DNA of 63,751 nucleotides, the filler included, from Vannella sp. (lineage: Eukaryota), in NCBI GenBank assembly GCA_023345925.1. It is 7 parts of 7 records of this genome, joined end to end, with 100 filler letters (N's around TTAATTAATTAA, not from the genome) between each part and the next. Parts side by side here need not be neighbours in the genome. Positions count along the whole stretch, not along the records: positions 26,766 to 42,143 come from JAJQQN010000684.1; positions 42,244 to 49,528 come from JAJQQN010001283.1; 5 more parts are not named here. One strand, 5' to 3'. A program made the translations under genes and the position numbers. The notes beneath the pieces were generated by a model that did not search any database, was not told where the DNA came from, and was given only the letters and a program-made list of their open reading frames with translations. Below, piece by piece: positions 31,936 through 43,769 of this stretch. The stretch's first letter is position 1. Each line of letters opens with the position of its first letter.

Positions 31936-34900
31936 CTATGATGACTTGGTGCGAGGGACGGCAACGATTTCCACGTTATTCTGTTCGGCGACTTCTCTCA
32001 TTGTGGAGTCGATGATGGCAGAGAAACAGATGACTTTGACACCAGTAGTGCCACTGTACTGCTCGTAAAAACGGCGGAGGCGGAGAAGGAGGGCGAGTTC
32101 TGACTTGTCGAGGAAACTGAGAGTGAACAGCATGACTGGCTCATTGGCCTGCAGTGTTTGGATCTCCACGTTCTCTGGCCAGCCATACACGAATCCTTCC
32201 TGGTCCTCTGCAGTCCACTCTTCTATGGTGCAGTCGGGATATCGCTCAGCAAGAATGGAACTCACTCTGGATGCCAAGTCTTCTTGGTCATCCAGTTCCT
32301 TGTAAATCGCTTGCATTTCTCCACGCATTCTCGCCTTGAAGTCTCCCATCTGTTCGTAAAGATCATCCAACTGTGCCTCTTCGTCCAGCTGTTCTTTCAG
32401 TCCATCTTTGAGAAGGAGAGAAAGTAACTGACGGACATCAGCATCCTCTGACACTAACGATTTGACTGAGTTGGCTATCTTCTGGGGATCTGGAAGCAGT
32501 TAGATTGAGAAAAGAGGAGCAGAATAAGAGGGTCACCCACCGAGACTGGCAAACTGTTCTACAAAGGAGATTCCTGTGCGATGAGAAGCAAGTCGGGGAA
32601 TGTCGCTGGTAATATAGTTTTGAAGCCATTCAGAAGGTTCGTACGAGGGTGGATGTTGCTTAAAGGACTCGAATTGATTGACAACATTGGCCATTTGCCG
32701 ATGCTTCGCCATATTGATCAAGTGGGGCTTGTCTGGGACATAATCTGGGAGCTGCTTGAAGATGGCTGCCAGTTCAGCCAAGAACGGTTGAGCGTGAGGA
32801 ATCCCAACAGAAGTGTTCTCCCCTGCTTTGTAAAGGCCAGTGAATGATGCAAGTGACCGTAGAGCTTCGTAAGTTCTCTGAAGTTCTGATGAGCGAGAAC
32901 GGGTCGTAGCTGACAGGGAAGACCAAAGTCCTGGGTAATCAGTGACCAAAGGAGAGTTTGCGACTTCGTACAAAGCAGCAAAGCCATGGAAGTTGCGCAA
33001 CGCCAGGCACTGGTCTGATAGAGAAAGGAAAAAGCTCAATTTGTCTCGATACACTGCAAGATCGTGCTCTTCATCTCCTGTGCTCTTCGAGAAGATCTCA
33101 TGAAGCGCCCACTCGGTCAGGAGTTGGCCATCCCGCTGTAATTTCTTCAAGGTTGGGACTAGACGGGCTTCAAGCTCTTCTGGAGATTGGGAAGTGGTCA
33201 GCTTTGTGTAAATTAACAGCTCCAAGCCTTGGAGGTCAGTCAGCAACGAGAAGTGATAAAGGAAGAACTGGCGGGCCACTTCTTCAGGACTGGCTTGGTA
33301 CAGATTCCCTTGTTTGTTCTCGCTTTCACTGGCTGAAGGCGGTGGGATTCCACGCAGTCCCTCAGCTCCGGAATTTTTGGCACCAGAACGGAGGAGACCC
33401 ATCGCGCGGCGAAGTTGCTTTAACATTCGTTGCAGCTTGGCGGAGTGTATTCCAGTGACTTCCAAACAAAAGCTGGTGAATCGGTCACGAACTGCTTTGT
33501 CTGAGAGGAAGTCACGCGGATACTTCTCTGTCCACAGCTTGAACACATTCAACACTCGCAATTGCACTGGCATTTGCACCTTAGCCCGGTACATTGCCAG
33601 TTTCTCCGGATTAATAGGGACAGGTGATTCAAAGCGCATAATGAGGAGTTCTAAAAAGCGCATTGCCGTTGTGAAAGAGCGATAGGTGAGGAGGAACACT
33701 TCAGGAAAGTGTGGATCTGGATATTCCCCGAAAGTGAGCCTTTCAACGAGCTTCTCCATGGTACCAGCTTCGACAATGGGAGGCTCATGCGAGTCTGTAG
33801 GGCCTGTAGTCAGCACCAGGTTGTCTCCAAGGTTATCAGGAGTATCAAAAAGATATCCTTCCTTGACTTCGAGCTCTCCCCAAAGGTCTCTGGCACTCAC
33901 TGCGGTGGGTTCCGACTCTCTTCTAGATGGAGAAGCAGGGCTGGATTCAACTGGCTGCGCTGAAGAAACGGCTGCCGTTGCAGGCTTACCACCACGGGGT
34001 AAGATTTGAAGTGAGAGTTGATATGCTTCTTCTGAATTCAGGTTCTGAGAGAAGTCTTCCAACAGATTCTGAACAGAAGGGACTACTTCCAGATGATAAG
34101 GGGTTTGTTGGTACTGCTGAATCTCCTGGATAACAGAGGAGATGTAATTGCACTTGGCAAAGTTATGGAGGCCCCCGTGTAGAGTTGCAGGGTTGCCATC
34201 TTCAATAAAGGTGAGATCAGTAAGATACATTCCCAAGTAAGGAATACAAGGCCCATCGCAAGTCTTAAGAAAAGCCCTGAAGGCTTTGTAGTTCTGATGG
34301 CTTGAGAGGGTGTTTTTGAGATCGTCATAGGCAGCTGTGACCTTTTTGCTAAGCTCACCCCATTCAGCCTTGAAGCGGAAGACTGCCGAATTCCCCAATC
34401 CGCTGAGAATCTCCATAGCACCATTCAGATTGTTCATGTTCTTGCAGCGAGTGGCGATTTGAATCAGATGTGATAGCATCTCTGTCCTGCCTTTGGCAGT
34501 CTCTTGGCGCATAACCGCTGTGACAACCCAGTCACTGACTTGATTGAAGCGATTAATCATATTCAAGATGTTTGGAGCCCTTTCAGAAGCATTCTTTTTG
34601 CTCCAGGCCAATCCAATGCATTCGCTGGGCGCAATGTCGCGGAAAATCTTGGTTTCCACAATTGTCATCTGCCGGGCCACTTCTATTGGATCCAGATCCA
34701 GGAGCGTGGCTCCATTCAGAGAGGCGCTTGTTGCATTTTTTGGTAGCACTGGCGGTGGTGGAGCGTTAGAGAAGATTGCTTCCTTGGCTTTGGCAAACTC
34801 TCCGTTAATCTGCCTGTTCAAAATACTCTCCAAAGTGGCCCCCACTGGAAAGGAGGGTTTGATAACATCGATAGCAAACTGCATGAATGCCTCACGAAGT

Positions 34901-36208
34901 TCACTGTCCTTCTCAAAGTCGTGGAAGAAGTGTTGAATCCAACTTTTTAGGAGCTGGCAAACTCTGAAGGGCCCTTGGGTGAGTTCACTGGCACAGAACT
35001 GAGTGAGGACTTTGAACTTACCGCAATTGGATGGGCTTCTGGTAGGTTGCCTGGAAGGTTTTGAGAGAAGCCTCATTTCCTTCCGGAAGTGGCATTGAAT
35101 AACGCTGTTTGAGGAGCTCGAGCAACTCCAAAGGGGTGACAATGGAGCGGTAGGTTAGTAAAAACGTCTTTTGCATGGCTGGCTCAGCCTTGGGATGAGT
35201 GGCTTTCTCAATAAGTTTCTCAATTGTTGCTGCTTTGATTTTAAGCTTGGCCAGGGGCTGGTTCTCCTCCACCACATCAAACACAATGACACTGGGATCA
35301 TCTGGACCTTCATAAGGAGTCTTGTCAGCTGGCCAGGTGAGTGGAACAACTTCTTCTGTTTGAATGGCGCTCGGTTTCGTCGGCACAGCAGGCTTGGGGA
35401 TGGGGGATGGCGTATCTGTTGGAGTGCCACGAGATAGAACTGGCTTTGGTGCGGAGGGAAGAGGTGGAGGTGGCTTTGAACCCGGCGGTGGAGGGAGTGC
35501 TGGTTTTGCTGTCGGCTTTGGAGGAATCTCCAAGCTAGCAGGCGTTGAACGACCAGGGGAAAGTACTCTCGGGTTGATTTCGGGCTTTGCTGAAGGCGAA
35601 GGGGCTCCTGCAACGCTACTAGCTCGCGGGGAATCTTCTTCTCCCATAAACTCTCCGGACTGTTGCTTCGGGAGTACAGGAATAGCTGCTCTAACAGGGA
35701 GATTAGCCATTGAAACACGTCGATGGGCGGTATCTGATGAGGGAGGGCCGTGGGGAGGAGGCCGGTGAGGCTGCGTGGTGCTGACCGAGCTCCTCTGAGG
35801 AGGAGGCTTCGGTAGTGCCATCTTCATTGCCGGGCTTGCCAAGCTCTGAGTCCTGGAAGCGGCAACATTGATATTCGGAGTGCTCTGGCCCATAGCGGCG
35901 AGCATGTCCCGAGAGGGAGTTGAAGAAACTCCTCGTCCAGCAGGTATAGCCGGTATGAACCCGGGCTTCTGTACTTCCAGAGAGGCCATCCTAGACGCAG
36001 TTACTTGTGGCGGGTTACGTGCAGGCGACGCTGGAGAAGAGACAGTTTGTTGAGATCGAGACAGACCCGAGGTAGGCTTGCCAGGCATGGGAGGTCTCGG
36101 CGGCATCGCTGGCTTACCAGGCATAGGAGGTGAAGGAGCCGCCACCTTCGCCGGAGTCTTCTTGTACGAAACCGGCTTTGGCAGCCCAGAGGATTGGTCC
36201 CCCTCCAT
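31936..36208 (-). CDS. Pro-rich tandem RasGEF (2 x REM+CDC25) with C-terminal DUF3782-like domain
   Basis: IKAATIEKLIEK, FLLTYRS, PCIPYLGMYLTDLTFIEDGN; second REM/CDC25; 51-nt GT-AG intron 32490-32540 joins in frame to the 31936-32454 ORF. Confidence 0.82.
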
Positions 36209-36268
36209 AGCGAGCCACCAGAAAATGAAGAAATATTAATTTTATACAGTGGAGGGTATTCGATGGGT

Positions 36269-37649
36269 TTATGATGAGGGTGGGGTGAAAAGGGAGCTCC
36301 AGTCGATAATTATGGGATCGGGATCGTTGCATGTGAGAGGAGGGACCATGGCGGCTGGGTCGGAGGGGCCGCTGACCCAGTTGATGAATGAAAGCTGGGA
36401 GACAATGAAGTTGGCATTGACGTCGCCGGTATCTTGATCGGGAACCCAGGCAGGTGTTCGGATGGGATGGTCTGATCTTCTGGAAGGCTTGTTTGATGGC
36501 CTTTGCTCGGAGGGAGAAGGGCTTTCTTTCAATAAGGAAGATGAGGGGCTAGCAGAGAGTTGTAATGACTCGGAGATGGAAAGAGAACTAACGGAAGGGG
36601 AAGGTGACTTGGAACTCGTTAAGGACAAAGAGATGCTGTTTGACCCACTCTTCGAGGACGAGGGGGTTCCTGATAAAGGCAAAGATTCCGACCGAGATTT
36701 AGAATCTGACGGTGAAGCTGTGAAGGAAGGGGACGGGGTAACAGTCTCTGATGGGTCTTCATCCAATGTGGTGAAGTAATCATCGTCTTCCAGTTCCAGT
36801 TCGTCAACCAAAGCAACCTTGGGACGTCTTAGTCCCACACAACGTCCCTTTGAGAAGCTAAAAGAGCGTGATAACATCATTTCCAGTCCGGAGTGTGAAG
36901 GAGTTTGTGTGAGAATCTCTCGGAGATGGGGAACGAGCTTGCCAACTTGACTCCAAATGATGCGAGTCAGTAGTTTGGAAGGTTGGAAGTTGAATTGTTT
37001 GAATGAACGCTTCGAATCGCACGTTTGAAAGATGGCAAAGTCTGTTCTCGTCAGAAGGAGAAAAGCAAAGAGGGAAGGCGCTTACTGCCCAAGAGAGGCA
37101 ACGTGTGGGTCCACTTGTAGCAGGGAAACGAGTTGACGTTGTCCTCTGCTTGGAAGGAGAAGGAGCGGAAGAAGGTTCTTAAGTCTCCTCGATCTGGGAG
37201 GCTAGTTTGGTAGCAAGTGCCATTGCTGAGCAGCCCTCCTTCACTGGATACATGATGGGGTGCTACATCAAAGAGGGCAATCCCCTAGGGCTTGTATAAG
37301 CTCACAGTTCCTTCGGAGGATCACTCACCTCCTTCAAACGAAGGAATAACGAGGCGATGACCAGTGGGGAGTCCTCGTACACGCTCTCTTCTAACCAAGC
37401 AGGGTTTGGGAAGTCGATTCGAACGAGCCCGTTGGGTAGATCGACCACCATCCAGAAGAGAACGCCCGCTCTCTCTGAATCTTCGTCATACAAGCCTGGG
37501 CTGGATACTTGAGCTTGAACAACCGAATACCCTCCCAAAGCGGGAAACTGAAGCTCAGGAATGACGCCTTCTGGACATCCTGGTTGCTCATTCAAGGCCA
37601 CAACAAGCAAAAGCCCCCAACTCAACCACAACAGCCGTCTAACCTCCAT
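36269..37649 (-). CDS. Secreted protein with signal peptide and Ser/Pro/Thr-rich linker (multi-exon)
   Basis: MEVRRLLWLSWGLLLVVALNE hydrophobic N-terminus, short GT-AG introns, S/P-rich tract. Confidence 0.5.
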
Positions 37650-38110
37650 AAAATATCGCTTTTGCGCTCCAACAGACCCTGAGACTGGTAAACAAGTCGC
37701 GAACTTACCTTATCATCTTCCTGATGACAGAGTAAGCGGGTTCTGTTCAGATTCTGGATGAAGCCGCTGTAAGCGGGGAAGCGGTCCTGTTCCACGGGTG
37801 CTTGCCAAAGCACAGCTCTCGCATGTACGGAGCGCTCCCGGAGAGAAGTACTGTTACAAGAATGTTGGAGCACTGCCGATCTCACATTGATTTTCCCGCC
37901 AACATTGGTTCTATTTTTACATGTCTCAAGAGCATTCCAAATAAATTATTATTCTGATACAATGTGAACCAAGAGGGGTTTGAGAGGAGCCAAAAGGTGG
38001 CTCTAAAAACAGAGAGAGTTCACGGCCCCACTGAACCACGTCAACGCTTGTTAGAGCATCGTTTGGAGTCCTTGATCAGTGAGATGTGAACTGAACCATT
38101 CCAAAGAAGG

Positions 38111-38127
38111 TTTGAAATTGGCGGGAA
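38111..38127. promoter_or_regulatory. TTTGAA + E2F-type site upstream of MCM3
   Basis: TTTGAAATTGGCGGGAA about 45 nt before the ATG; second TTTTCCCGCCAA at 37891-37902. Confidence 0.5.
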
Positions 38128-38169
38128 CGGAGCCTCACTTCTCAACGGCTAGGAAGGTCTATTTGCTTG

Positions 38170-40636
38170 ATGTTCCCTTCAGCGCACCGGGCTGTTGTAG
38201 ATCAGGGTGCAGAGTATCTTAACACAAAAGAGCGGTTTCTAGACTTTCTGAGACAGGATGAGGGGCAGGGATTGTACGACAAGAAGATTCAGGCGCTCGT
38301 GAACAATGGACAGTCTCGGCTCATCGTTAACATCAACGATTTGCGTCTGTTTGATGTAAAGCTTACTCAGCGGCTACTTGGTACTCCAACAAAGGTCCTA
38401 CCTCCCTTTGAAGAGGCCCTCACCGACTACATTCAGTCTCGCCCTCACCTTCAACCTGACCACGACCCCAAAGCCTCTCGGCAAGCAACTGCAGCACCAA
38501 CTCAGTATCATATTGGACTAGAAGGTTCCTTTGGATCTCATCTGGTGACTCCCCGTCAGCTAGGCGCTGAGTACTTGAAGCAACTTGTCTGCCTTGAAGG
38601 CATTGTCACTCGTTGCTCCCTCGTCCGGCCCAAGGTTGTTGTGAGCCGTCACTGGTGTCCAGCTACGGGTAAGCAGTACTCTCGACAGTATCATGACGCC
38701 ACATCGCTCGCTGCACCGCCAACCATCGTGAACTATCCCACTCACGATGAGAACGGCAACGTTCTCAGTACAGAGTACGGCTTGTCGTGCTACAAGGACC
38801 ACCAGATGATCTGTGTGCAAGAAATGCCTGAAAGAGCACCCGCTGGACAGCTCCCTGTGTCTGTAGATGTGCTTTTAGACCACGACCTTGTCGACTTGGT
38901 CAAGGCTGGTGATCGTTTGCACGTTATGGGAGTCTACCGGGCCATTCCAAGCAAGATAGGAGCGTTCTATCGCACTGTCTTGATCGCCAACCACATCAGA
39001 CTGATCACACAGGACGAGCAAACGTCCACAATGACTGTCCAAGACATAAGGATGATCAAACAGTGCGCCAAGGAGCCTCATATCTTCGAACGACTGGCTC
39101 GTTCTGTTGCACCATCGATATATGGTCATCTGGACATCAAGAAGGCCATCCTCTTGATGCTATTGGGAGGTCGAGAGCACAACTTAGCCAACGGCACTCA
39201 TTTAAGAGGGTAAAGCACCTCTTCTCAGGGCGAGAGAGCACGGGAAACTAACACTACGTAGAGATATCAACATCCTCTTGATAGGTGATCCTTCTACAGC
39301 CAAGTCACAGCTCCTACGCTTCGTTCTGAACATCGCCCCGCTGGCGATCAACACTACTGGCAAGGGAGCCAGCGGTGTCGGTCTTACAGCCGCTGTCTCA
39401 TCAGACAAAGAGACAGGAGAGAGAATCCTTGAAGCTGGCGCTTGCGTCCTGGCCGATCGCGGGATAGTCTGCATAGACGAGTTCGATAAGATGTCCGAGG
39501 ACGACCGCGTGTCTATTCACGAGGTGATGGAGCAGCAGACTGTCACTGTCTCTAAGGCTGGCATCCACACTACCCTCAATGCTCGTTGTTCCGTGTTAGC
39601 AGCAGCCAATCCCGTGTACGGACAGTACAATCGGCAGAAGAAGCCGACCGAGAACATCGGCCTTCCCGACTCTCTTCTCTCTCGTTTTGACTTGCTCTTC
39701 ATCGTATTGGACAACTTTGACCCTTCTCATGACCGTAGGATCGCTGGACACGTCCTGCGAATGCACAGATACCGGTCCGATGACTCTCAAGGCCCTCACG
39801 ACCCTTCGGCTCAGTCTCTGCATGACTTGGCTACGTTTGACCAGCAGACTGCTGTAGAGGAGGAGGCGCCTATATTCGTTCAGTACAACCAGTTGCTCCA
39901 TGGAGAGCAAGCGGCGGGAGTGGAGACTCAAAGTCTCTTCTCGACTCACTTCTTGAAGAAGTTCTTGATGTATGCTAAGCACCGAGTCAATCCTGCTATC
40001 ACTCCAGAGGCTTCTGCGTACATCGCCAAGGCTTATTCTGACCTGAGAGCAAAGGAAGATATGAAAACACTTCCAGTCACTCCCAGAACCTTGGATGCGA
40101 TGATTCGGCTGACCGTAGCGCACGCCAAGTGCCGGTTATCACGACAAGCAACAGAAGATGATGCAAAGGTGGCACTCGAAATCATGTCCTACGCTCTGTA
40201 CCACGAAGTACAGCCTGGAGGAGGCGACATTCCCGAACCCATTGCCCTTGAGGAAGTCAATGTAGAGGATCCCATCCAACCTGTACAAGAAACAGAAGAG
40301 GTTCCTCTTCAGCGCCGTAAGAGAGGGAGGGCAGAGGCCGAAATGGGAGAAGAAGAGGTTCCTCTTCCAAAGCGAGCCAAAAGCACCAAAGCAGCCGTCT
40401 CCCATTCTGACTTGGCAGTCACAGAAACCCGCGCGGATGAATTTGGCCGCCTTCTGGTCAAGTACATGACTGGACGCCACCTGACTGAGTGCGTTCTTTC
40501 AGAGGTCCGAACGAAAGTCAACTCTTTGAAGCCAGCCGGTGGCGCTTTCAGCGTCCCCGAATCTGAAGCTGCTGCTCGCCTACTAGAAGGCAAAGGTCAC
40601 TTACTATTCCGTGACCAAGTGGTTCATCTGTTCTAA
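38170..40636 (+). CDS. MCM3: DNA replication licensing factor MCM3 (1 intron)
   Basis: [40 protein letters not shown]. Confidence 0.96.
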
Positions 40637-40773
40637 GGCCAAGAAGCCTTTTCTGTGCTGCATTGGAAGTTTCAGTGATCCTCGCTTGGCTCTTGAAATG
40701 AACTTCTTTTTCTTCTTTTATGTGACAGGACAAGGGGACTAGGGCAGGACAGGATCAATGACTGGGCCCGAAG

Positions 40774-41807
40774 TTAGTAAGGCTGGTATCGGGGAGGGCC
40801 GTTGTGCTGGTATGCTCCTCGTCCTGGGGGCGGCCCACGTCCAGGTGGCACAAATGATCCATAAGTATTAGCTTCAGAGCCTGGAGGGCCGCCAAGAGTT
40901 GGAGGGCCACCAGGAACTGTAGCTCCAGCAGCTTTCTGTTTGTAGTACTCAGCGGGATCGAAGCTGGCATCGCGCACCGCTTGATTCGGGCACTTGTTAG
41001 CGTAGTGACCTGTTTGCTTGCATTTGAAACAGAGAACTTCAGCGAGTGGCTTCCGCGTGCCACGCCCTTCACCAGAGTTCCCGTCCCCGCTTTGGTTGGG
41101 GCGAGGCCCTCTGCTGCTGCCTCCTGATGAAGGGCACTCGTAATCACGATGTCCTGACTGATTGCATGTTCGACAAACGACACGGTAACGTCTATCGCTC
41201 TGCTCCTCGGGTGGATCCTCGTATTTCGGATGCCCGAACTCGCACTTTGACCCTTTGGGGCAGAAGCCTGTAATGTAGCGTAGGCAAGCCTCCTTCTTTA
41301 CATGTTGGTAATGACACTGCTTCCCTCTTCTACAGAAGCCTCTAGCGTACCAAGGGCACTCGCCTAGTTGCGCGGTAGCGTCCACATGTCGAAAGATGCA
41401 ATCCTCGTTGCTGCAGCTTCCATCGGAGGAGAAGAACTGACAGATGGGCATCTTACTCATATCGTATTCATGGAGGAACTCGCACTGCGCGTCTCCCTTC
41501 TTGCAGAGCCCGCGAAGCCAATGTTTGCAAACGATCGCCTTCTCTTTCCTTGTGTGGCGGAACTGGCAGTTGCTGCGGCGACAGTTTCCCTTCAGGTGGA
41601 ACATACAGATGTCTGCATTCTCTGGTTGAAGTTGAGTGGAGGGGAAGGAAGGGAAGTGCGAGGTAATGAGAAGGAGCAAATTTCGTCCTTACTGTCAGGA
41701 TCGTTGACCACCTCGTCATCTTTGTAATCAAGGAAGTCCTCAAAGGCAAAGCAAAGCGTCTTTTGGTCAAAGTCCGCCAACAGGGAGATCGGTTGGAATA
41801 CAAACAT
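40774..41807 (-). CDS. CPSF4: CPSF30/Yth1 (5 CCCH fingers + 2 CCHC knuckles)
   Basis: VCKHWLRGLCKKG, CEFLHEYDMSKMP, CPWYARGFC, CFKCKQTGHYANKCP. Confidence 0.93.
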
Positions 41808-41872
41808 GACCACGCCCTGCTTCTCTCCAGAAAATGACTCCCAAGTAATTGCTGAGTTATGTCAATCCTGTT

Positions 41873-42115
41873 AAACATCAATTCCCTTTTTTCTTGTCCG
41901 ACGCAGGTCGCGACGAGGAGTCACGAGCGGCGAGGGCATTTATTTCACCTCGTTCGCGTCCTCTGAGAAACACGCATTTTGGAACCCTCTTCCCCTTCGC
42001 TCGTGGATTTTCTCTAAAGCCCGCTTTGGGATCGGAGCTGATTCTCTTTTCCTTAGCTGGTGATTGAAGTGTAGTGGAACTATCCCAGGACGACGCAAGA
42101 GCCCGAGGTGGAACG
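41873..42115. repeat. Dispersed non-coding repeat, copy A
   Basis: Core 42017-42074 matches 58923-58980 at 56/58 nt; further shared blocks CCTTTTTTCTTGTCCG, GTCCGACGCAGG and GACGCAAGAGCCCGAGGTGGAAC. Confidence 0.85.
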
Positions 42116-42143
42116 TGGTATTCTTTTGCCTTAAATCTTGATG

Positions 42144-42243
42144 NNNNNNNNNNNNNNNNNNNNNNNNNNNNNNNNNNNNNNNNNNNNTTAATTAATTAAN
42201 NNNNNNNNNNNNNNNNNNNNNNNNNNNNNNNNNNNNNNNNNNN
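42144..42243. other. Artificial contig linker
   Basis: N/TTAATTAATTAA/N. Confidence 0.98.
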
Positions 42244-43711
42244 CCTGAGAACGAACTTATCTGTGATTTCGTACGCCTCGCGGAATGCCTCCGCAATGTC
42301 GCCCTTCTGGAACTTGGAACTGTTCACTAAAGTAGTATGCAGCTGTTCACTACAAATTCGCGATGTCTCACTGCCTCCATGGCCATCGTAGACAGCATAG
42401 AAGGCCCAAGTTTCCCCTGCTAGTCCCGTAAACTCCTTGGTAAGATCATCGATCAAGACAGAGGCATCTTCCATCGTCTTGCGTTTCCCCTGTCGCTCTG
42501 CACTCGCAGATTTGAGCTTAAACCCACAAGGACGGCGAGTCAAAGGGCGCGACTTGGGCTCCTGTCCAGGAGGGAAAAGGACCTTCTTGGCGGTACGCAC
42601 CCGCCGCGCAATATCAATAGCCACCTCCAGCTTCTCTGTTTCTGTAAGATCCTGTGAGAGGGAGTGGAGCTTCTTCTGAACGAGAACGATGGCGTCATCC
42701 ACCGTATCTTTGATCCGTTTCAGCTTTTCCTGCTCCTCTGAAGGCTTCCCTTCATCATCAGACTTTGTAGCCCCTCTAACAGGTCCACGAGTACGCTGTT
42801 TCTGTTCTAGTATGAGAGGAGAGCTCCCAGTGCGAAGGGTCGGCCCTACCGGGAAGATTTTCTCAAAGTTCTCGATCAGGAAGCGAACGATGCTGGTTAT
42901 CTTTGCTGCATCCATCATGCTCTCGACTGTCTCAACTTCTGGGCGAAGCAGGATCTCACCAAAGACCATGGCAAGGTTTGCAGGTGTCATCTTGTTCTTT
43001 GCTGAATGCTCTCCCACCCGAGATAGGAAGAGAAGGAGTATCTCTACTAGCGCCCTGTTTGCAGGACTTAACTCGCTCAAGATCCCAGACAGCGTCGTGA
43101 TGTACTTGTCCACGTGCCCGTCGTCTCCTCGAAGGTCAGCTTTCCTACTCCACACTGCTCCATCCGCTTACCATGGTCTCCGAACCCACTTGAACTACGT
43201 GCACGTTGAACAGTGAGAGCAGCTTCGTTGTCAGCTAGGAGAGGGTAAGCTTCAAGCGCCTCATCCCCACCAATGACCTTACTCGCCGCCTCCACGAACT
43301 TCGGGTAGAGCTGATACGTCAACAGAGGATCGGGTAGGTCTCGTAACCAAGTCTTGAGAAGGTTGGCGACCAAATGAGGGTCCTTGTACTCCACAAAGTT
43401 CACCTCTTGACCTACCCAACGGGCGTTAGCCCCCACACTCCTCTATCACCCTTGCACCGTACCCGCATCGATCTTCTCCTTCACTAGATGAAGCACCTTT
43501 GTCTTGGGAGCGATGCGGAAGATGACCTCCGTGTCAATAGCTAAACATCCGCCACCCCGTCAACCATCTACCCCAGGCACCTCCCAGAGCACCTACCGTG
43601 CGCATTCAAGTACCGGATGATGTTCTTGATGAAGGTAGGGATCGTACGCTCATTAGGGCGCTCCATAATGACCGCCAAGGGCACCCCAAACACCTTCGTG
43701 GCCGAGGCCAT
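42244..43711 (-). CDS. RhoGAP-PP2C phosphatase fusion, 3' truncated by linker
   Basis: KVFGVPL, IFR arginine finger, LKTWLRDLPDPLL, NKMTPANLAMVFG; then QGKRKTMED and FYAVYDGHGG. Confidence 0.85.
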
Positions 43712-43769
43712 CGGCAACCAGAAGAAGGCGAATGACGGAGACTCCACAAAGGCTTATTCCTCCAGCTAC

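Noticed and set aside
42127..42143. TGCCTTAAATCTTGATG resembles the U12 snRNA 5' end
   Set aside because: Only about 17 nt with indels, and cut by the linker; cannot be supported
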